A stretch of 64,000 nt of DNA from Dehalococcoidia bacterium (GTDB taxonomy: Bacteria > Chloroflexota > Dehalococcoidia > Bin125), in the NCBI GenBank assembly GCA_965116225.1, contig OZ220495.1:2424393-2488392 (forward strand), given 5' to 3'. Below the pieces are notes generated by a model. That model searched no databases. It was not told where the DNA came from and saw nothing but the letters and a program-made list of their open reading frames with translations. This document shows positions 59,018 to 64,000 of this stretch, piece after piece; the stretch's first letter is position 1, and each line of letters starts with the position of its first letter. Both the position numbers and the translations under genes were made by a program.

Positions 59018-59938
59018 ATGCGGATTGGCATCTTCATCGGCGGCACTGGTCCAGCGCAGGGTGTGCGCGACATCGTCGAGCAGGCGCAGCGGGCTGAAGC
59101 GGTGGGATTCTCCACCTTCGGGATGGCGAACATCTTCTCGCACGACGCAATGGGCGCGTTGACGCTCGCAGGCGCGCACACCGATTCGATCGAGCTGATG
59201 ACCGCCGTCGTGCCGACGTATCCTCGACATCCGCACGCGATGGCGCAGCAGGCGCTGACGGTGCAGGCGTCGTCGGGCGGCTCGCGCTTCGTGCTGGGCA
59301 TTGGCCTGTCGCACCAAATCGTGATCGAGGGCATGTTTGGTTACTCTTTCGATCGTCCGGCGCGCCACATGAAGGATTATCTGGATGTGCTGCTCCCGCT
59401 CCTGTCAGGTGAAACAGCGCGGACGAATGGCGAACACTACCGAGGCGCAATCAGCCTTGATGTGCCGGACGCGGCCAAGCCAGTGTCATGCATGCTTGCG
59501 GCGCTGGGGCCGTCGATGCTGCGGCTGGCGGGCGCGCGGACGGACGGGACCATCCTGTGGATGACCGCTGCCGGCGTGGTCGAGTCCTATATCGCGCCGA
59601 CGATCAATGCGGCGGCTGCCGAGGCTGGTCGGCCGCGACCGCGAATTGTGGTTGGACTGCCGGTCCTGCTGACCGACGACGTCGCTCAGGCTCGTGAGTC
59701 CGCGGCGGAGCAATTCGCCAACTACGGACAGCTGCCTTCGTATCGTTCGATGCTCGACAGGCAAGGAGCCGCCAATCCGGAGGATGTCGCCATACTGGGT
59801 TCCGAGGAGCAGATCGAGACGCAGTTGCGACAGGTTCGCGATGCGGGCGCGACGGACTTCGTCGGCGTTGTGTTCGGCAGTGAGGAAGAGCGATCGCTCA
59901 CAGAGACGTTCCTGGGAACGCTGGTACCAACGCTGTAA
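59018..59938 (+). CDS. LLM-class F420-dependent oxidoreductase
   Basis: MRIGIFIGG...AEAVGFSTFGMANIF...FVLGIGLSHQ LLM pattern. Confidence 0.8.
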   Translation: MRIGIFIGGTGPAQGVRDIVEQAQRAEAVGFSTFGMANIFSHDAMGALTLAGAHTDSIELMTAVVPTYPRHPHAMAQQALTVQASSGGSRFVLGIGLSHQIVIEGMFGYSFDRPARHMKDYLDVLLPLLSGETARTNGEHYRGAISLDVPDAAKPVSCMLAALGPSMLRLAGARTDGTILWMTAAGVVESYIAPTINAAAAEAGRPRPRIVVGLPVLLTDDVAQARESAAEQFANYGQLPSYRSMLDRQGAANPEDVAILGSEEQIETQLRQVRDAGATDFVGVVFGSEEERSLTETFLGTLVPTL

Positions 59939-59982
59939 TGGTCCACCGTCGGCGGCGGGTCGAATCTCCGAGCGTTGCGTTG

Positions 59983-62184
59983 CTACTCGATGTAGTCGCG
60001 CAGGCGAGTGGCTCGGGTTGGGTGCCGGAGCTGACGCAGCGCTTTGGCTTCGATCTGGCGGATACGCTCGCGGGTGACGTCGAAATCGCGGCCGACCTCC
60101 TCTAGCGTTCGCGCGCGCCCGTCGCCAAGGCCGAAGCGCAGCTCCAACACCTCGCGCTCGCGCGGTAGGAGCGAACTGAGCACAGCGCTGACCGTCTCTT
60201 TCAGCAACTGCTGGCCGGCAGCGGCGTCGGGAGCGAGCATCTTCTCGTCCTCCACGAAGTCGCCGAGATGGCTGTCGTCCTCCTCGCCGATTGGAGTTTC
60301 CAGCGAGACGGGTTCCTGTGAGACCTTGATGATCTCGCGTACGCGCTGGGCGTCGACGCCCATACCCTGTCCGATCTCCTCATAGGTCGGCTCGCGACCG
60401 AGCTCCTGCACGAGTCGGCGAGAGACGCGCACCTGCTTGTTGATCGTCTCGACCATATGCACCGGGATGCGGATGGTGCGCGCTTGGTCGGCGATGGCGC
60501 GGGTGATTGCCTGTCGAATCCACCAGGTTGCGTAGGTTGAGAACTTGTAGCCCTTGCGATAGTCGAACTTCTCGACCGCGCGGACGAGGCCGATGTTTCC
60601 TTCCTGGATCAGATCGAGCATCGACATACCGCGTCCGATGTACTTCTTGGCGACTGAGACGACCAGTCGCAGATTCGCCTCGGTGAGACGTTTCTCGGAG
60701 AGATAGGCGTCCTCCTTGAGCACACCGATATGCCGCTCACAACGCAGCGAGATCGGCTCCAGCTTGTCGTCTAGGTCCGCCGGACAAGGCATTAGCTGAT
60801 CTAGTCCATCGGCCGCTCTGAGCAAATGGCGTACGTGTCGATGGTCGAAGATGTGCGTCACGACCGAGATTTGCACCAGGCGCTCTTCGGCGCGAGCTTC
60901 GTCGTACTCCTCGTCCAACGGCTGGAACTTGTTGATCAGCGCCTCGCGAAGCTCGGGGTCCATTTCCTGGTCGACCCGCTCGCGGAATTTCAGGTCTTTG
61001 GTCAGATCAAAGAGTGAGAGCTGCGACTTGTTGATCTCCTCAGCGATCACAGCGATTTCGGGTAGCAGCGACTCCAGCTGCAACAGGAGGTAGATCGTGA
61101 CTTCGATGGCGTTTGGGTAGCGGCCCTTTTGGTTGCGCCAGTCTTCCTCGAAGTCGCGGATCCAGTTTCCTTCTTCCATCTGGCGGGAGAGGAAGCGCTC
61201 GTCCTCGGCGGTCAGCAGGTTGACGCGCCCGATTTCGCGTAGATACATACGTACCGGGTCGTCGACGCCATCGGCTTCCTCGTGCACGCGCTGTCGTCCC
61301 TCTTTACGCATCTCGATGATGCGACGGGAGCCGATTTCTTTGGTCCGACCGTAGAGATCGACGACGGGTGCGCTCTGTTCCTCGACCGCTGCTTTGGCTT
61401 TCCCTCTGCCCTTGCCTTTCCCTTTGCCACGTCCTCGAGTTTTGGCGCGCGGCTTGGCGCGGCGTGCGGCGGCCGGTTTGGCCGTCGGACGCGCTGCTTC
61501 GAGAGGCCGTTCGAGCGATTGGAGCAGCTCACCGAGCGCTGTGACGTCTTCCGCGGGTTCTGCGCCCGCTAGCTTGAAACTGGCTACCGACGCATGTGAG
61601 ACCTGACGTTCCTCGTGCATTTTCGCCTGGTTGCGGCGTTCGGCGGCCTTTTTCGGCGTGGGGGCGGCCTTAGTCGATTTTTTCGTCGTCCGCTTAGGCT
61701 GCTCGGCGAGGTTGATGGTGCGTCGCCCGGCCGGCATGGAGAATTCGTCAACGGGAGCGGTCAGGGCGCGCACCCGCGCCTCTGCCTCGGACTGCGCGAC
61801 CGCGCGAGGCTTCCGTTGACCGGGTGCCTCGGCGGTCATGCGGCGGTCGCCAAGTTGCTCGCGCACGATATTGCGGAGGTCGCCGACGAAGTGCGTGTCG
61901 AGGTCGGCGTTTTGTGCGAGGTCGGCCAGAGCGGCGGCGGTCAGAGCGGTGACGCTGCGTTTTCGAGTCGTACGGCCAGCGCCGTTGCCTGCGGACTTCC
62001 TGAACACGGTACCAGCAGCGCCATTCTTCGTTACAGCCGACACCGCTCCGTTGTCGGACATACCATTGCCAGCCGATGGTCGGGTTTCCGCAGGGGTTGC
62101 GCTTGTCGCGGCAGCGGTTTCCGTCGTTGCCTCGGTGGTTGCGTTTCGAGCGATCACCATGGTCGTGGTCCTTTCTCTCAGCAT
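59983..62184 (-). CDS. rpoD: RNA polymerase primary sigma factor (sigma-70) with long basic low-complexity N-terminal region
   Basis: Regions 2-4 are conserved ([60 protein letters not shown]; C-terminal [29 protein letters not shown]). The N-terminal ~300 aa are Ala/Lys/Arg/Pro-rich with a (GK)n run. Confidence 0.95.
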   Translation of the reverse strand: MLRERTTTMVIARNATTEATTETAAATSATPAETRPSAGNGMSDNGAVSAVTKNGAAGTVFRKSAGNGAGRTTRKRSVTALTAAALADLAQNADLDTHFVGDLRNIVREQLGDRRMTAEAPGQRKPRAVAQSEAEARVRALTAPVDEFSMPAGRRTINLAEQPKRTTKKSTKAAPTPKKAAERRNQAKMHEERQVSHASVASFKLAGAEPAEDVTALGELLQSLERPLEAARPTAKPAAARRAKPRAKTRGRGKGKGKGRGKAKAAVEEQSAPVVDLYGRTKEIGSRRIIEMRKEGRQRVHEEADGVDDPVRMYLREIGRVNLLTAEDERFLSRQMEEGNWIRDFEEDWRNQKGRYPNAIEVTIYLLLQLESLLPEIAVIAEEINKSQLSLFDLTKDLKFRERVDQEMDPELREALINKFQPLDEEYDEARAEERLVQISVVTHIFDHRHVRHLLRAADGLDQLMPCPADLDDKLEPISLRCERHIGVLKEDAYLSEKRLTEANLRLVVSVAKKYIGRGMSMLDLIQEGNIGLVRAVEKFDYRKGYKFSTYATWWIRQAITRAIADQARTIRIPVHMVETINKQVRVSRRLVQELGREPTYEEIGQGMGVDAQRVREIIKVSQEPVSLETPIGEEDDSHLGDFVEDEKMLAPDAAAGQQLLKETVSAVLSSLLPREREVLELRFGLGDGRARTLEEVGRDFDVTRERIRQIEAKALRQLRHPTRATRLRDYIE

Positions 62185-62213
62185 GATCCCGACGGCGGGC
62201 TCGCGGTCTTCGA

Positions 62214-64000
62214 TCAGACCGACCTCGACTGGGCCGGTTGGTGCAAGCGTCGGGCGGAGTTGCGGGCATCAACGACGGAATAGGCAGCATCGGCCAAGTC
62301 GGGGTCGCACTGTTCATCGTTGACAAGCTGGACAGCGGCGCGGGCGATCGGGTCAGCGCCGATCTGACGTTCCATCTCGTTGATTTCGAGGTTTTTCAGA
62401 CGCAGGCCTGCTTTGCTTCGGTTCTTGCGGATACGCGCAGCAGCGTCGATGGCGGCGTCAATGGCATCCTCGTCACTGTAGGGTGGAAGCCGTTTAGCGT
62501 CACGGTCAAGCTCGGCCACACGGGCTGTGGATTCATCCAGCACGTCGGCCCAGTCGTTGCTAGATGAATCCAGCCTCGCCATCAGGATCGCCCGGTCTTC
62601 GGCATCCTCGATCAACTCGATATCTGCAAACGCGAACCCGCTGCGGACCACTTCGAACCGCAGGGCGAGCTGGACGAGGAACGATTGTTGTCGATCGTGT
62701 CGTCCGCGCCGCGATGGCTGCGCGTTCGTCGCGCCGTTCGGGCGGCGACGAACGAATGACGCAGGCTGAGCGTAGCGGGTGAGGAGCGAGTTCGGGTCGA
62801 TGCGTCCCCAGGCGGCGAGCCGCCGCAAGTACTCCTCGCGCAGGACCGGATGGCCGATACTGCGGATCGTCGGCAGCAGCTCGTCGATGAAGTTGGAGCG
62901 GCCGCGTGGCGTGTCGAGATCGTGTTGGGATCGGACGTGATCCAGCAGCCAATCGAGGAATATGGGCGCGGTGTCGACGAGTTCGCTCCATCGTTCCGGT
63001 TCGGAGCGGATCAGGTCGTCGGGGTCTCGCCCTTTGGGCAGCTGGATGATGCGAATGTCGCTGGCCAACTGATTTTGCAGCGCCCCCAGATGACGGTGAT
63101 CGGTGTGGTTCTGCCACTCGACGCCCAACGCCTGTCGCGCGGTCTCGATCCCGCGCCTGGTGGCGGCCTGCCCGGCGGCGTCGGGGTCGAATGCGAGGCG
63201 CACATCGGTGGCGAGCGGCTTGATCAGCGCGATCTGCGGTTCGGTCAGCGCGGTACCCATCGAGGCGACCGTATTGGGGCTGCCGTACTCATGCGCGCTA
63301 ATCACATCGGTGTACCCCTCGACAATGATCACTAAGCCAGCCTCGCGAATCGCCGCGTGGGCGATGTCCAGACCGTAGAGCAGGTCTCGCTTGCGGAAGA
63401 GCTCGGATTTGGGGGTGTTGATGTACTTCGCCGGCTCGTCGATCAGCGTACGTCCACCGAAGCCGACTGTTTCACCGCGGGCATTGCGGATCGGGAACAT
63501 GAGCCGATCGCGGAAGCGGTCGCGCGTGCCGTGTTCGGTTTCGATGACGAGGCCGGCGGCTACGGAGTCGGATGATTGGTGTCCGCGTGCGGAGAGGTGC
63601 TGGACCAGCGCATCGGAATCGGATCCCGCGAGTCCGAGATTGAATCGCTGGGCGGTACCGACGGAGATGCCGCGTTCGCGTAGGTACTCCCTGGCCTGCC
63701 ACCCGCCCACGGGATCTTCGAGTCGGCTGCGCCAGAAGTGCAGGGCGGCATCGTTGGCGAGGATCAGTCGTTGGCGCTGTTGATCGCGGCGGGTTTGTTC
63801 CTCGGTTCTGGGTCGCAGCTGCACGCCTGCCTGTTGCGCGAGCATCTGGAGCGCCTCGCGGAAGTCGACGTTGTGTCGTTTCATCTCCCAGCTGAATATG
63901 TCGCCGCCCTCTGCGCAGGCACCGAAGCAATGCCAGGTCTGGCGGTCCGGATTGACGATGAACGACGGAGTCTTCTCGGCGTGGAAGGGACAGGGAGCCT
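62214..64000 (-). CDS. dnaG: DNA primase, 5' end beyond window
   Basis: TOPRIM region [16 protein letters not shown]. The reverse complement of the last 100 nt encodes the CHC2 zinc finger ([33 protein letters not shown]) in frame. dnaG-rpoD follows the classic operon order. Confidence 0.9.
   Translation of the reverse strand, partial: APCPFHAEKTPSFIVNPDRQTWHCFGACAEGGDIFSWEMKRHNVDFREALQMLAQQAGVQLRPRTEEQTRRDQQRQRLILANDAALHFWRSRLEDPVGGWQAREYLRERGISVGTAQRFNLGLAGSDSDALVQHLSARGHQSSDSVAAGLVIETEHGTRDRFRDRLMFPIRNARGETVGFGGRTLIDEPAKYINTPKSELFRKRDLLYGLDIAHAAIREAGLVIIVEGYTDVISAHEYGSPNTVASMGTALTEPQIALIKPLATDVRLAFDPDAAGQAATRRGIETARQALGVEWQNHTDHRHLGALQNQLASDIRIIQLPKGRDPDDLIRSEPERWSELVDTAPIFLDWLLDHVRSQHDLDTPRGRSNFIDELLPTIRSIGHPVLREEYLRRLAAWGRIDPNSLLTRYAQPASFVRRRPNGATNAQPSRRGRHDRQQSFLVQLALRFEVVRSGFAFADIELIEDAEDRAILMARLDSSSNDWADVLDESTARVAELDRDAKRLPPYSDEDAIDAAIDAAARIRKNRSKAGLRLKNLEINEMERQIGADPIARAAVQLVNDEQCDPDLADAAYSVVDARNSARRLHQPAQSRSV

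Noticed and set aside
1-64000. CRISPR arrays, rRNA, IS elements
   Set aside because: No regularly spaced direct repeats, no rRNA-like conserved stretches, and no transposase or integrase ORFs were found on either strand.

Overview
This 64-kb window is a high-GC (roughly two-thirds G+C) bacterial chromosomal segment. Its gene content points to an F420-using lineage, Actinomycetota- or Chloroflexota-like, but that is inference only. I can support about 55 protein-coding genes and one tRNA-Arg(CCT). There is no rRNA, CRISPR array, transposase or integrase. Most of the numerous six-frame ORFs are antisense or alternate-frame shadows typical of high-GC DNA. Several real genes have internal starts, preceded by long Arg/Pro-rich non-coding 'extensions'. 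Gene content, left to right: (1) a 5'-truncated LLM oxidoreductase, a DNA methyltransferase fused to a C-terminal HNH nuclease, a DinB-family protein and an amidase whose 3' end overlaps tRNA-Arg; (2) FmdB, a TIGR01906-like membrane protein, MazG, and PcrA/UvrD helicase; (3) a PLDc_N/zinc-ribbon membrane protein and an alpha/beta hydrolase; (4) an LLM oxidoreductase, an EthD-like protein, and a multiply frameshifted fumarate-lyase-family gene; (5) a CoA-dependent catabolic cluster: CaiB/BaiF CoA-transferase, two acyl-CoA dehydrogenases, HU, a tandem-fused double CaiB/BaiF, and an SCPx-type thiolase with a DUF35 partner; (6) PEP carboxylase, an S9 peptidase, a second amidase, exonuclease III, a TrmH-family methyltransferase, and several F420/DinB/cupin/PPOX small enzymes; (7) a co-directional pccB-acn-mdh-fumC block; (8) LysM and M28 lipoproteins; (9) hydantoinase A/B; (10) rplY, rlmN, fmt, secG and a YvcK homologue with an unusual N-terminal membrane domain; (11) an aldo/keto reductase; (12) an MmeI-family Type IIL restriction-modification gene broken into three reading frames; (13) gatB, a metallophosphoesterase, a YhdH-like reductase and an LLM; (14) rpoD and a dnaG that runs past the window end. 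The most interesting signals are these. First, the MmeI-like RM gene has a break lying exactly in a G11 homopolymer, where a single extra G restores the frame, suggesting a phase-variation candidate or a homopolymer sequencing error. Second, there is a single-chain beta-class MTase-HNH fusion of unclear partnership. Third, there are the fused double CoA-transferase and the thiolase/DUF35 pair. None of these could be confirmed without database searches.
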